Shown here: positions 43,700 to 53,402 of the stretch, piece after piece
How positions within the stretch are numbered: the stretch's first letter is position 1
Layout: each line of letters begins with the position of its first letter
Source: a virus
Lineage: Duplodnaviria > Caudoviricetes
DNA: 64,000 nucleotides
IMG/VR virus record: IMGVR_UViG_3300036793_000047
Coordinates: 148 to 64,147 of that record
Strand: one strand, 5' to 3'
The notes under the pieces: generated by a model
Database searches by the model: none
Told to the model about the DNA's origin: nothing
What the model saw: only the letters and a program-made list of their open reading frames with translations
Position numbers and translations under genes: made by a program

Positions 43700-44104
43700 C
43701 TAGACGATGTCGATGACTGCTTGCCCGTAAAAGAACGCTGTACTGCTGAGCGTCGCGCCCGCCCCGCTATAGCGGAAAGCGCCGCTCGTGTTGAGCACAG
43801 CGAACGCAGCTGCGTTGCTGAATCCGCCGCCGCTGATCTGACACGGCATGACAGTGTTGTCACTCGGGTAGGCGTAGCTGCTCGGCAGCGTGTTAATCAA
43901 GTCGTTGTTAGCGACCACGGTCGGCGCGGCGACTGACAGTTTCCAGGTGATGATCACAAGGCCGGGCTCGATCAGCTTCCTGTACTTGATCACGCCAGAC
44001 CAGCCGGCGTGAAAGCCCGTCGTGACCGAGCCCCGCGTATCGACGCCGTTCGCGATCAGGTTGTTCAGACGCTGCTCGACAGCGACTGACTTGTCGCTCG
44101 TCAT
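43700..44104 (-). CDS. Small tail fiber/tip-like beta protein
   Basis: ATG 44104 overlaps the stop at 44101; GWSGVIKYRK...INTLPSSYAYP. Confidence 0.5.
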   Translation of the reverse strand: MTSDKSVAVEQRLNNLIANGVDTRGSVTTGFHAGWSGVIKYRKLIEPGLVIITWKLSVAAPTVVANNDLINTLPSSYAYPSDNTVMPCQISGGGFSNAAAFAVLNTSGAFRYSGAGATLSSTAFFYGQAVIDIV

Positions 44105-47100
44105 ACCAGCCGCTCCAGCATCCATCGCGGTGTGTAGATCATCTGAGCTGACGGCGCGACTGCGCCCGAGTCGCCCGCGTACAGCATCAGCGTTTGACTC
44201 GCGCCCTGCGGGTCGACGTACAACGGCGGGCCTGACACCCACGCGTAAGCGAGCACCGAGACAGCGTCATCGCGGCCGAACTGCGAGCCCATGATGTTGC
44301 CGACGTCGTATCCGGGTATCGGCTCGTCGATCCAGTAGAACGGGTACAGAGTCGGGGACTGCACCATGACTGTCGAGCCGAGCGTGTCGATGAACAGCGC
44401 GTCGCGGAACCGGTCGCCCGTGTTCGTGTCGACGACTGTGATCGTGAAATAGGAGTTAGTGACACCCGGCGGGATCGAGTGATCAGGCAGCGTCAGCTCG
44501 CCCATTCTGATCAGCGGGCCGTTATCCGGGCCGGACAGCGACGACGGGGTGAGCGTGCGCGTCACTGACTGCGTATAGACAGCGCCGCCGGGCTGCTCGT
44601 AATGCTTGACGTTCACTGTGACTGTCCGGCTCGCGCTCGGGTTGTTCCACCCGAAGCACGACAGCAGCACTGTGTACGTCCCGCCGAACCGGGCCCGCTG
44701 CCCAGGGACGAGCGACGGCACGGGGTACTCTGTCGTGCCGTCCGGCAGGTCTGTGTAGTCGAGCGGAGTGTACGGGCACAGCGTGTCTGTCGCGTTCGGC
44801 CCTGGCCGGTGCGCGAGCCACGACGCGACGCCGACTGTCTGACTGAACGTGACTGCGATCTGCCCGTCGCCGCCCGCGCCCGCAGTGAAAAACGTGCCGC
44901 CACCGCCGCCGCCGCCGCCAGGGACCGAGCCGGCTTTAGCCGACCCGGTCGACGATCGCGCACCACGGCCGCCAGCGCCGCCGCCCGCGACTGCAGCACC
45001 GCCCGCTGAGCCGGCCGCGCCTGTCTGCCCGATATTGCCGCCCGCGCTCGTCCCCGCAGACGACCCGCCACCGCCAGCGCCCGTGCCGGTCGTGCCTGCC
45101 CCGCCAGCGCCCCCGGCGAAACCACCCGAGCCGGCTGCTGGTGCTGCAGCCCCGGCTGTAGACCCGACTCCTGCCGAGCCGAGCCCGCCGGGCGCGCTGA
45201 CTGTCGTCCCCAGGTCCGACGTGAACGACGACGCCTCTCCGTTCCCGCCTGGCTGCACGCTGATCGTCCCCGCTGTGCCGCCCCTGCCGGCGTACCAGGT
45301 CGACACTTTGCCGGGCGTGACAGCGACAGCAGCGTTATGAGCAGTCGAGCCACCTGACGCACCGCCCGGCGCGACAGAGTTAGACCAGCCCCCGCCCCCA
45401 CCCGAGCCGGTCGGCCTGACATCGACTGTCGTGACTCCGGGCGGCGCTCGCCACTGCCCGCCGCCAGGCCCGCGCAGAAACTTCGTGTACGTCGCAGTGC
45501 CCGTGAGCGCGAGCGCGAGCGACATAGGCGATCGAGCTGAGCCGAGCACGCCGGCGAGATCGTACACAGCGCCGTGATCCGGGTTGACCGGCGCGAGATT
45601 CGTCAGCGGCACAGCCTGCAGCTGCGACAAGTACAGATCAGCGAACGGCAGATCGCCGGCAAACCTCGAAGACACGCCGACCCAGTACGCGACGACGTTC
45701 GCGAAGCTGAACGAGCTAGAAGCCGGAAGCGTCACGCGGATCTTCTGCCACGACGGGTTAGACGAGTCAGCTGAGCTGATGACTTTCGCTGTGTGGCTGA
45801 ATGACAGCCGGTTGCCGGACGCGTCGTACAGCGTGATCGCGAACTGCACCGGCCCGGCGCCGCGCAGACCCCAGTCAGCAAAGTAGCTCGACGAGCCGAA
45901 CCCTGCCCACAGAGTGAGCGCCCCAAGCACCGGCTGCGGCCCGCACTGCACGAGCACTTCAGCGCGCGCGACCCAGTCAGTTCCGAGTATCGGGGTGAAG
46001 TTGACTTGCACAGTGTCGAGAAACGGCGCCGTGATCGAGCCGACAGTGAAGATCTGCCCGGCTGCGACACCGATGTACGCGTCGTCGACATAGTCGATCT
46101 CGCCCACGCCCCCGGCGAACACGCTGACGAGCAGCGCCACGTACGCGGCGTTAGCCGGCGCGACGATCTGCCCGCCGTCAGTCGCTTGCGTCCATCCGGT
46201 TGTCGACTCGGTCACGCCGGGCCCGTACACGATCGGTGACAGCAGAGCACCGCCCGCGTCGAAAAACTGCGCGCCAACAGCGACAGCTCGCGCCACTGTC
46301 GTACCGCGGAACCACGCGCTTGCGTAGATCTGCTGACCGGGTGTGACCGCTAGCCCGTTCGTCGCGATGTTGACGTACTGACAGTGAGCTGCAGTCACGT
46401 CCCCGCCGGCGACGTTAGTCAGCTGCAGCGAGTTAGCGCCGCTGTGCGCTTGCACGCCGGTATCAGACAGCGAGACGTTACCGGCGTTCGCCCATGTCCC
46501 GGTCGTGCCCTCAAAGTCACGGTTATGTATCGACCCGGACGCTGCGAGTTTCAGCCAGTTCTCTGCTCGCTGGAATGTGTCGCCCGGATTGATCGACGCT
46601 GCTTGCTCGCCCGTGCACCCGAAGTAGTTGCCGGCGAGCGAGTCCCCGTTGCTCGGCGCTGACCAGCCCTGCTCCAGATTGAGCGGGCCGACGTGCGCTG
46701 CATACGCGGGGTTGAGCCCCTGCCCGTCCGGCTGTCCCCATAGCGACGGGTCCCAGTGCCCGGACGTCCCGCCGGGGCCGAGCGTGAGCGAGCGCCAGTC
46801 GTACCCGAAGATCAGATCGTCGACGTAGTGAACCTCGCCGGACTGGACCGGCCCGACGATTCTGTAGCACGGAGCTGCGTACCCGTCAGCTGGTGCAGCG
46901 AACATGTCCGACGCGATGACTTGCGACCAGCCGGCAGAGTTGTCGCTAGAGAACAGCCAGAACTGCTGCTGTGTCGGCGTCCCGTTCTTGTCGTACCACT
47001 GGACGCCGCCGACTGTGGACCGGATGACGCTGATCGCGACGTCGTCGACGAACGTGATCTCGCCGACGCCGGATGTTCCGATAGACACCTTGGCCGACGC

Positions 47101-48285
47101 GAACGCAGCGCTAGCCGGCGCAGTGATCAGCCCGCCGTCAGTGCTCTGCGTCCATCCGGTCGACGTGTCGAAGATGCCGGCAGGGCCGCTCTGCGTCGAC
47201 AGAAAAACGTGGCTGGCATCCCAAAAGTCGACCTGCATCACGCACGAGTGGACAGCCGTGTTGGCCCGGAACCACGCCGACGCGGAGATGCGATTGCCGG
47301 GGACGACCGCGATCTGCTGCGCAGTCGCTTGCGCAGCTGCGACTGCGCTGCCCGACGCCACCGTCGACGTCACAGCGAGACAGCTCGTCCCCGAGTGCGC
47401 CTGCGCTGAGCTGCCAGCTACCGTGCAGTTTGTGACTGCCGTCCAGCCGCCGATGCCGCCCTCAAAGCCGGCGTTCTGCCCGCTCAGCTTGTTAGCGTTC
47501 ATCATGTAGTGAGTCATGCCGATCCACTGCCCGGCCTTGACTGGCAGCCCCTGCGTGCCGAAGTCGTCGAGCGCGATCATGTCGCCCGTGCCTGTCGCTG
47601 TCAGCGCGAGCGACGCGACACCCGAGTGAGAGATGCCGGACGCGCGAGCGACTGTGCAGCCGGACTGCGCGCGCCATGCGCCGATGCCGGGGCCGAACCC
47701 GGAGTCAGCTGAGCTGAGCCAGTTTCCCGGCTGCGACACGAACGACTCGACGCTGATCGACGCGGGCGGCGGCGGCGCGCCCGGCAGCGGGACTTGCAGG
47801 TTGACGACTTCCGGCACGTCTGACCGGCCGTACGGCGCAGCGCTAAACGACACCGTCATCGTCGCTACTCGCGACTTGTCGCGGATCAAGTCGTAATCGA
47901 CTGTCGTCGGCAGTGCTGAGTAGCAGTCGAGCACGAGCGGCGGCCGGCTGTCTCGCGACCATGTGAGCGTGAACATGTCTTGACTCACGACGCGGATCAG
48001 GCACTCACGAGCAGCTGCGAGCAGCTGCCGGTCGTTCACTGGGTTCGACGTCGCCGGTACTTGAATGACGACCGGCAGCACGGGCGTGCGGTTCGACGCT
48101 GCGCCTTGCACCGGGCGCTCGCCGTCGAGCACGAGCGATGCGATGATCGCAGCTGTCGGCTGCGGCGCTGACAAGTCGAACCCCGGCGCGAGCCGGAACA
48201 TCGCCCCGGCGCACTCGGGGATCGTCGACGGTACGCCGCCGGCTAGCAGCTCGATCCGGTTCGCCAGCACGAGCGAATCAGTCAC
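44101..48285 (-). CDS. Large minor tail (Dit-like) protein with three CBM-like jelly-roll modules and a glycine-rich segment
   Basis: Follows TMP; three (F)EG/G.W...(A)HSG..SL...PG..(I/Y)..SAW...YVDD modules; GGGGG-rich stretch. Confidence 0.75.
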   Translation of the reverse strand: MTDSLVLANRIELLAGGVPSTIPECAGAMFRLAPGFDLSAPQPTAAIIASLVLDGERPVQGAASNRTPVLPVVIQVPATSNPVNDRQLLAAARECLIRVVSQDMFTLTWSRDSRPPLVLDCYSALPTTVDYDLIRDKSRVATMTVSFSAAPYGRSDVPEVVNLQVPLPGAPPPPASISVESFVSQPGNWLSSADSGFGPGIGAWRAQSGCTVARASGISHSGVASLALTATGTGDMIALDDFGTQGLPVKAGQWIGMTHYMMNANKLSGQNAGFEGGIGGWTAVTNCTVAGSSAQAHSGTSCLAVTSTVASGSAVAAAQATAQQIAVVPGNRISASAWFRANTAVHSCVMQVDFWDASHVFLSTQSGPAGIFDTSTGWTQSTDGGLITAPASAAFASAKVSIGTSGVGEITFVDDVAISVIRSTVGGVQWYDKNGTPTQQQFWLFSSDNSAGWSQVIASDMFAAPADGYAAPCYRIVGPVQSGEVHYVDDLIFGYDWRSLTLGPGGTSGHWDPSLWGQPDGQGLNPAYAAHVGPLNLEQGWSAPSNGDSLAGNYFGCTGEQAASINPGDTFQRAENWLKLAASGSIHNRDFEGTTGTWANAGNVSLSDTGVQAHSGANSLQLTNVAGGDVTAAHCQYVNIATNGLAVTPGQQIYASAWFRGTTVARAVAVGAQFFDAGGALLSPIVYGPGVTESTTGWTQATDGGQIVAPANAAYVALLVSVFAGGVGEIDYVDDAYIGVAAGQIFTVGSITAPFLDTVQVNFTPILGTDWVARAEVLVQCGPQPVLGALTLWAGFGSSSYFADWGLRGAGPVQFAITLYDASGNRLSFSHTAKVISSADSSNPSWQKIRVTLPASSSFSFANVVAYWVGVSSRFAGDLPFADLYLSQLQAVPLTNLAPVNPDHGAVYDLAGVLGSARSPMSLALALTGTATYTKFLRGPGGGQWRAPPGVTTVDVRPTGSGGGGGWSNSVAPGGASGGSTAHNAAVAVTPGKVSTWYAGRGGTAGTISVQPGGNGEASSFTSDLGTTVSAPGGLGSAGVGSTAGAAAPAAGSGGFAGGAGGAGTTGTGAGGGGSSAGTSAGGNIGQTGAAGSAGGAAVAGGGAGGRGARSSTGSAKAGSVPGGGGGGGGTFFTAGAGGDGQIAVTFSQTVGVASWLAHRPGPNATDTLCPYTPLDYTDLPDGTTEYPVPSLVPGQRARFGGTYTVLLSCFGWNNPSASRTVTVNVKHYEQPGGAVYTQSVTRTLTPSSLSGPDNGPLIRMGELTLPDHSIPPGVTNSYFTITVVDTNTGDRFRDALFIDTLGSTVMVQSPTLYPFYWIDEPIPGYDVGNIMGSQFGRDDAVSVLAYAWVSGPPLYVDPQGASQTLMLYAGDSGAVAPSAQMIYTPRWMLERLV

Positions 48286-48291
48286 AGCTGC

Positions 48292-51201
48292 CTACCCCCA
48301 GCCCGGCGAGTACGAGCCCCGGTATCCGGCTGAACGAGCTGCGCCGCCGAGCGCAGCTGCGACGCCTGCAGCTGTGTCGCCCGAGTTAGCTCGCACTTCT
48401 GCTGCGACTGCGCCGAGAGCGTCGCGGATGTCAGCGAGCAGCCCGGCGAGATCTGCAAGGCCGCGCTCGCTCGTGACGACTTCGCTGCCGGCTTCACCGA
48501 ACCCGTACGTCCGGCCGGACTTGCCGATGCCCATGACCGGCTCATTGATGACGCCGCCCTTGGCATACCAGTGCGGCGAGCGGCCGAGCCACGCTGAGTA
48601 TGCTGCAGCCGGCGTGCCGTACACGTCCTTGATATAGCGCTCACCCCAGCGGATCTGCGTCTTGTAATCCGTGAGCCAGTCAGCACCGGCTGACGCCATC
48701 TTGGCAGCCGGCAGTGCTTGCGGGATGCCGTACGCGCCGGATGACTTGTTCTGCGCGTCCCAGCGCCAGCCTGACTCGCCGTTCCACAATGCTTGCAGCG
48801 AGCCCCACTGTCCCGGACCCCAGCCGTAGTGCTGCATGAGCGACTTGCCGTACTGCTGCGCAGCGCCGGTCGCTGCTGTGCCCGCGGATCCGCCCTGAGT
48901 CGAGCTGCCGCTGCTGCCGAACCCGAGAAACGACTTGAGGGCAGACCACGCGTCTGAGCCGAGATTCTTGACACTCTTCAGCGCCCACGACGCTATGCCC
49001 TTAGCACCGCCGAGCATGCCCCGGCCGAGCGCGTTGATCAGGTTCTCACCCATCTTCAGGAACACAGTCGACGGCGACTTGATCCCGAAAAAATTCTTGA
49101 AAGCAGTCACGATCGTCGAGCCGATGTGAGCTGCCCAGCTCGCTGCGTGACCGGCCCAGTCTGTCGCGCCCTTGAACAGCCCGACGATCAGATTCTTGCC
49201 CGCAGTGATCAGCCAGCCGATCGTGTTATTCCAGACGACCATCACACCGTTCTTCAGCGTCTTCAGCCCGGACAGGAGACTGTCCCAGTCGCGCTGAATG
49301 AGCTGCACAGCTGCGTCGACCGGGGCTCGCAGGAAATTCTCGACGTCTCGCCAGATCCGGTCTAGCCAGTGATAGACAGCCAGGATGCCGTCCCATTCCA
49401 TCTTGAAATAGCGCACGATCGCGTCGACAGCAGCGACCACGGGCTTGCGCAGGAAGCCTTCGACGTCTCGCCACACGTTGTTGATCCAGTGCCAGACGTC
49501 GAGCAGCGCAGCTCGCACTGTCGACCAGTGCGTGACGATCGCGTCGACAGCGAGCCCGAACGGCCCGAACAGCAGCGCAGCGAGCAGATGCCAGTGATCG
49601 TGTATCCAGCTGAACACGTCTTCAGCCGCGCCGACGACGGCATGGAAGGCAGTTGTGCCCCAGTTCAGAATGTCTCCGAACGCTTGCTTGAGGAACGACC
49701 AAACTGCCTTAGCCGCAGCCTCAAGCCCGTGCCAAGCGTCGATCGCCCACTGCTTGAAGTCGCGCCAGTGCTTGATCACTTCGACGATCCCGATCGCGAG
49801 CGCTGCAGCGATCAGGATCATCCCGCCGGTAGCGATCACTGTCGCTGCAGCTGCACTCTCGACGCCGACCGTGTACATCACCCACAGCGCTGCTGTCTCG
49901 ATCAGCGACGCAGACTGGGCAGCCGCCCATACGACGATCCTGATCGAGCCCTGCACCAGCGCAGAGTTATAGACAGCAGCAGCGAGAGCTGCAGCAGTGA
50001 ACGCGCCCGCGAGCGCGAGAATCACCGGCAGATTGCCCCTGATCACGCGCATCAGCGCGAGCACAGACGGCAGCAGCGCGTTCCCGATGCGGATCCCCAT
50101 CGCGACTATGCCCTGCTCTAGCGTCTTGAACTGCTGCGACGCTGTCTGCTGCGTCTGCTTCCACGCGTCACCGAACGACGACGCGCCCTTCGCGATGTCC
50201 GGGTACTTCGACTTGATCCGGTCGAGCTGATCCATCAGCACGTTCAGCCCGGCGCCCGCGCGCTTGCCGAACATCTGCGTTATGACTTCGCCCTGCTCTT
50301 TCGCCGTCACGCCGTTCTTGACGAACAGTCCGTGTAGCTCGTCAAGCGCGCCAATCAGCCCGCCCTTACGCATCGCAGTCGCGAGCGACCCCGTCTTCTC
50401 ACCCCACGAGACGAGCGTCGCAGCTCCGGCTTTCGCCGGCGCGGCGAGCGCCATCACAGACATGCGCAGCTGAGTACCGGCCAACGCACCGCGAATATTG
50501 TTATCCCCAAATGTGGCCAATGCGGCGCCGACATCGTTTAGGGACAGACCGAATCCCTTGACAGTCGCGACCATGCCAGAGCCGAACGCTTGCGCTAGAT
50601 CCTGCATCTTCATGTCGCCGGCGCCGACAATCGCATTCAGAGCGCCCATAGCGCCCTGCATGTTCGTTGCGCCCTTGATCCCTGACGCCATGACAGCTGT
50701 CAGCGCGTTCGTCACGTCGACAAGATCAGCGCCGCCAGTCGCTGCGCCCTCAGCTGCGATCTTGACGAGCCCGAGTGCCTTCGTGCTCGTGATGCCGAGC
50801 GACTGAAAGTTTGACTCCACATGGAACAACGACTCTGCGAGCGAGTCAGGCGACAGCCCCACCTGGCCAGCCAGCGACAGCACGCCTGCTTTCAGCCCGG
50901 CTAGCTTCGCCTGCGGCACGCCGGCTTGCGTCGACAGCCGCTGCATCGACGCGTCAAACTTGACGGCCAGGTCGACGCTCGCGACTGCTGCCCCGGCGAG
51001 CGGCAGCGCGAGCATCTTCCCGATCTTCGCCATGCTCGTGTTCAGACGACTCGCCATGCCACCCGAATACGCTGACCCGGCCTTCGCCCCAGCAGCTGAC
51101 GCAGCGCCGGACTGAGCGTCAAGCTGGGCCTGCATCTCCTTCCCGAACCCCGTCGCGAGCGGACGGATCCGCACGAACGCTGTCGCCAGAGGCGTCGGCA
51201 T
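48292..51201 (-). CDS. Tape measure protein with C-terminal lytic transglycosylase-like domain
   Basis: TP901-type core, Trp-periodic repeats, ESGWRWDAQNKSSGAYGIPQALP. Confidence 0.9.
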   Translation of the reverse strand: MPTPLATAFVRIRPLATGFGKEMQAQLDAQSGAASAAGAKAGSAYSGGMASRLNTSMAKIGKMLALPLAGAAVASVDLAVKFDASMQRLSTQAGVPQAKLAGLKAGVLSLAGQVGLSPDSLAESLFHVESNFQSLGITSTKALGLVKIAAEGAATGGADLVDVTNALTAVMASGIKGATNMQGAMGALNAIVGAGDMKMQDLAQAFGSGMVATVKGFGLSLNDVGAALATFGDNNIRGALAGTQLRMSVMALAAPAKAGAATLVSWGEKTGSLATAMRKGGLIGALDELHGLFVKNGVTAKEQGEVITQMFGKRAGAGLNVLMDQLDRIKSKYPDIAKGASSFGDAWKQTQQTASQQFKTLEQGIVAMGIRIGNALLPSVLALMRVIRGNLPVILALAGAFTAAALAAAVYNSALVQGSIRIVVWAAAQSASLIETAALWVMYTVGVESAAAATVIATGGMILIAAALAIGIVEVIKHWRDFKQWAIDAWHGLEAAAKAVWSFLKQAFGDILNWGTTAFHAVVGAAEDVFSWIHDHWHLLAALLFGPFGLAVDAIVTHWSTVRAALLDVWHWINNVWRDVEGFLRKPVVAAVDAIVRYFKMEWDGILAVYHWLDRIWRDVENFLRAPVDAAVQLIQRDWDSLLSGLKTLKNGVMVVWNNTIGWLITAGKNLIVGLFKGATDWAGHAASWAAHIGSTIVTAFKNFFGIKSPSTVFLKMGENLINALGRGMLGGAKGIASWALKSVKNLGSDAWSALKSFLGFGSSGSSTQGGSAGTAATGAAQQYGKSLMQHYGWGPGQWGSLQALWNGESGWRWDAQNKSSGAYGIPQALPAAKMASAGADWLTDYKTQIRWGERYIKDVYGTPAAAYSAWLGRSPHWYAKGGVINEPVMGIGKSGRTYGFGEAGSEVVTSERGLADLAGLLADIRDALGAVAAEVRANSGDTAAGVAAALGGAARSAGYRGSYSPGWG

Positions 51202-51549
51202 CGTCAGCTCCCTCCTGCTCCCCTGCTAGTCGAAGACGCTGCAGCAGCTGACGATTCGCCTGATCCCAGCCGCCCGGAGGGGCCAGCAGATCGCTGTCGA
51301 GATCGTCGCGCGCCCTAGGCTCTCCGCCGGCTGACAGCACAGCGATATCGACCTGGCGGGCATGCTGGCACAGCCACGCGTACGTCACATTGCAGAACTG
51401 GCGGGGTGTCAGCCCGCTGATCGGGCTAGATCGCTCACCGGCACTAGTCCAGCCGCCTGAGGATGCGCCGGCGAGGATGAGTGCTCCCTCGATCTCGTCG
51501 ATGCATTGCGCGCCGCAGGTGATGAGTCTGAGCGCGCGTTCGTAGGGTT
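51119..51549 (-). CDS. Tail assembly chaperone frameshift extension (-1 frame)
   Basis: Open -1 frame from AACCCTA (51549-51543): PYERALRL...IDEIEG...GLTPRQFCNVTYAWL. Confidence 0.6.
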
Positions 51550-52041
51550 CGCGGTGATGCGCTCGATCACTTCGTTGACGACGTCGAACAGCTCGTCAGG
51601 GCCGGCCTGTTTGTCGATCGCTGCGCGTTCAAACCGATCCCAGTCGCCCTCGACGTACTGCTCGCAGCCGACTGCTGACGGCGGCGTCCCCGGTGCAGCT
51701 GCTGTGCACGCTTCGCAGTCCCCGCACGCCGGTTCGCCGTGGTAAATGCAGTCGCGGATCATCGCGTACATGGCCGCCATGCCGGCCATGTCTTCAGCGT
51801 TGAGGCCGCGGTCGGCTGCGTTCGCGAACTTCAGCAGCGGCATAAGCCCGACGCGCTCGCTGATCCGGTACTCGTCGCCCATGAACGAGACCGTCTGCGC
51901 TTTCGACGCGACGCCCTGCACTGCAGCTTGCACAGCTGCGATGTCAGCTTCGCCCGACTCGATCTGCGCTTGCGGACGCGGACGCTGCTGCGGGTGACGC
52001 TGCTGCGGCTGCCGGTACTGATCGCGCTTATTCGACGTCAT
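51409..52041 (-). CDS. Tail assembly chaperone
   Basis: Between major tail and TMP; DWDRFERAA...LFDVVNEVIERITANPT. Confidence 0.75.
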   Translation of the reverse strand: MTSNKRDQYRQPQQRHPQQRPRPQAQIESGEADIAAVQAAVQGVASKAQTVSFMGDEYRISERVGLMPLLKFANAADRGLNAEDMAGMAAMYAMIRDCIYHGEPACGDCEACTAAAPGTPPSAVGCEQYVEGDWDRFERAAIDKQAGPDELFDVVNEVIERITANPTNARSDSSPAARNASTRSREHSSSPAHPQAAGLVPVSDLARSAG

Positions 52042-52619
52042 CCCCGCACCGTACCAGCGGTCCAGTAACGGAAGGGGAACCCTGACGCCGGAATCTCAGC
52101 GCGGAATTCGACGCCGATCTCAGCGACAGCTGCTCCCTTCTTGCGCATGATCGCCAGCGACCCGACCTGCAAGCACTGCTCCATGACAAGACGCTCTGTC
52201 GAGTCTTGCGCTTCCCAGCCGATCGCGACGCGCACTTCTGAGCCGACAGCGCCCGGCGTGTACGTGTTCAGCTGCGTCGCGCCTGACCCCGACGTCGTCA
52301 GCGAACCGCCGTTGATCGCCCGGCTCATGTTCGTCGCATGGATCTGCATCAGCGACATTTTTATGCTCGCTGCTCGCGCTGTGATGACGACTTGCATCGG
52401 GTCGTAATACTCGGCAGCGAGGATGTCGGCTGTCGTCAGCGCGTAGTCAAATTCTGAGCCGTCCATCGTGATGCCCAGCAGGCTCCACCCGCCCGGCCAG
52501 TTGTCAGTGAAGACAGAGCCGGCGACTGTGTTCGCGGGCAGCGACACCCCCAGCGCTCCGAGGTAGAGAAAGCCGGGACCGCCGGCGATTGCATTCTTGG
52601 GCACTACTGCACTGGGCAT
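52038..52619 (-). CDS. Major tail (tube) protein
   Basis: GPGFLYLG...W..LG.T.DG..F.Y...AEYYDP; position before the chaperone. Confidence 0.8.
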   Translation of the reverse strand: MPSAVVPKNAIAGGPGFLYLGALGVSLPANTVAGSVFTDNWPGGWSLLGITMDGSEFDYALTTADILAAEYYDPMQVVITARAASIKMSLMQIHATNMSRAINGGSLTTSGSGATQLNTYTPGAVGSEVRVAIGWEAQDSTERLVMEQCLQVGSLAIMRKKGAAVAEIGVEFRAEIPASGFPFRYWTAGTVRG

Positions 52620-52629
52620 GTCGGCCTCC

Positions 52630-53050
52630 GTGACCGGCTAGTGATGGATGTATTCGGCCGCGCTCGCGCACGAGCTGTCAGTGCGGCCCTCGATCTGCGC
52701 GATGGGGCAGACCGGCGCTAAGATCGCCGCAGCCCCTCGGGCGCGCCTGGCGGCGCGTGTCGGGGACGCTGCAGCACGAACCGGCGACTGATCGCCGGGA
52801 GTCAGAGTCAGGCACGAGTCAGCGCACTCGTGACGGGCAGTACCTGATACGGCTGCTTGCACGCCTCCCGGCTCGGACAGCCCGCAAGGCGAACGGGCTC
52901 GTCTCGCGCTTAGCGTGAGACTGTCCCGGCCAGTAGGGACCCGAGGGGCCATTCCGCGTACAGATCTGCTGAACGTTCAGACGGCCTAAGCAGGTCGGCG
53001 GGCCTGTCGCTGATGATGCGTCGCGGTCGTGCGCGCCGCCTGTCTGCCGC
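52630..53050 (-). ncRNA. Candidate large structured RNA / structured leader of the major tail gene
   Basis: About 420 nt with no credible ORF; an 11-bp long-range stem (52950-52940 with 52741-52731) encloses several hairpins; more than 10 stems overall. Confidence 0.4.
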
Positions 53051-53054
53051 AGCC

Positions 53055-53399
53055 TCAGCCGCCCAGGAACCCCGTCACGTCGTTCAGCGCCGGGCGCAGC
53101 GAACGATGCGGGCGACGATCACGCACTCGCCTGTCTTCGTGCACGAGCGGGTAAGGGAAGCCCTTGTCGTTGACAGCTGTGTACCCGACGTCTGCGTACA
53201 CGCCGGCTTCGTCGTGCGCGATCGAGTACCGGCAAGAATCGCGCATGCGGCCCGTGCGCACTTCAGCTCGCCGCTTCGCGCCGTTCTTGACGACTTCAGC
53301 GATCGGCGTCATCACGTCGAGCGCGAGCGTGCCGTGCGGGTTGTCGAGAAACGCAGCGAGCGCCAGGTGATCGACTTCGACGACGAAATCGCCCGGCAT
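53055..53399 (-). CDS. HK97 gp10-like neck/tail-completion protein
   Basis: AKRRAEVRTGRMRDS...ADVG...Y...VHE...RP..SLRPAL. Confidence 0.7.
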   Translation of the reverse strand: MPGDFVVEVDHLALAAFLDNPHGTLALDVMTPIAEVVKNGAKRRAEVRTGRMRDSCRYSIAHDEAGVYADVGYTAVNDKGFPYPLVHEDRRVRDRRPHRSLRPALNDVTGFLGG

Positions 53400-53402
53400 A
53401 GC

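Noticed and set aside
52820-52856. AGCCGTAT resembling the start of group II intron domain V; group I P7-like GACT/AGTC words nearby
   Set aside because: The complementary 3' strand of domain V is absent, the group I P/Q/R/S elements cannot be assembled, and the region is not inside a gene.
52638-52952. 104-aa minus-strand ORF as the tail terminator gene
   Set aside because: Weak RBS, an in-frame stop just upstream, and a low-complexity Ala/Arg/Pro/Ser translation with no terminator-like features. It more likely overlaps a structured RNA.
53010-53016. CTGATGA hammerhead ribozyme core on the plus strand
   Set aside because: No stem II followed by GAAA, and the other core elements are missing.
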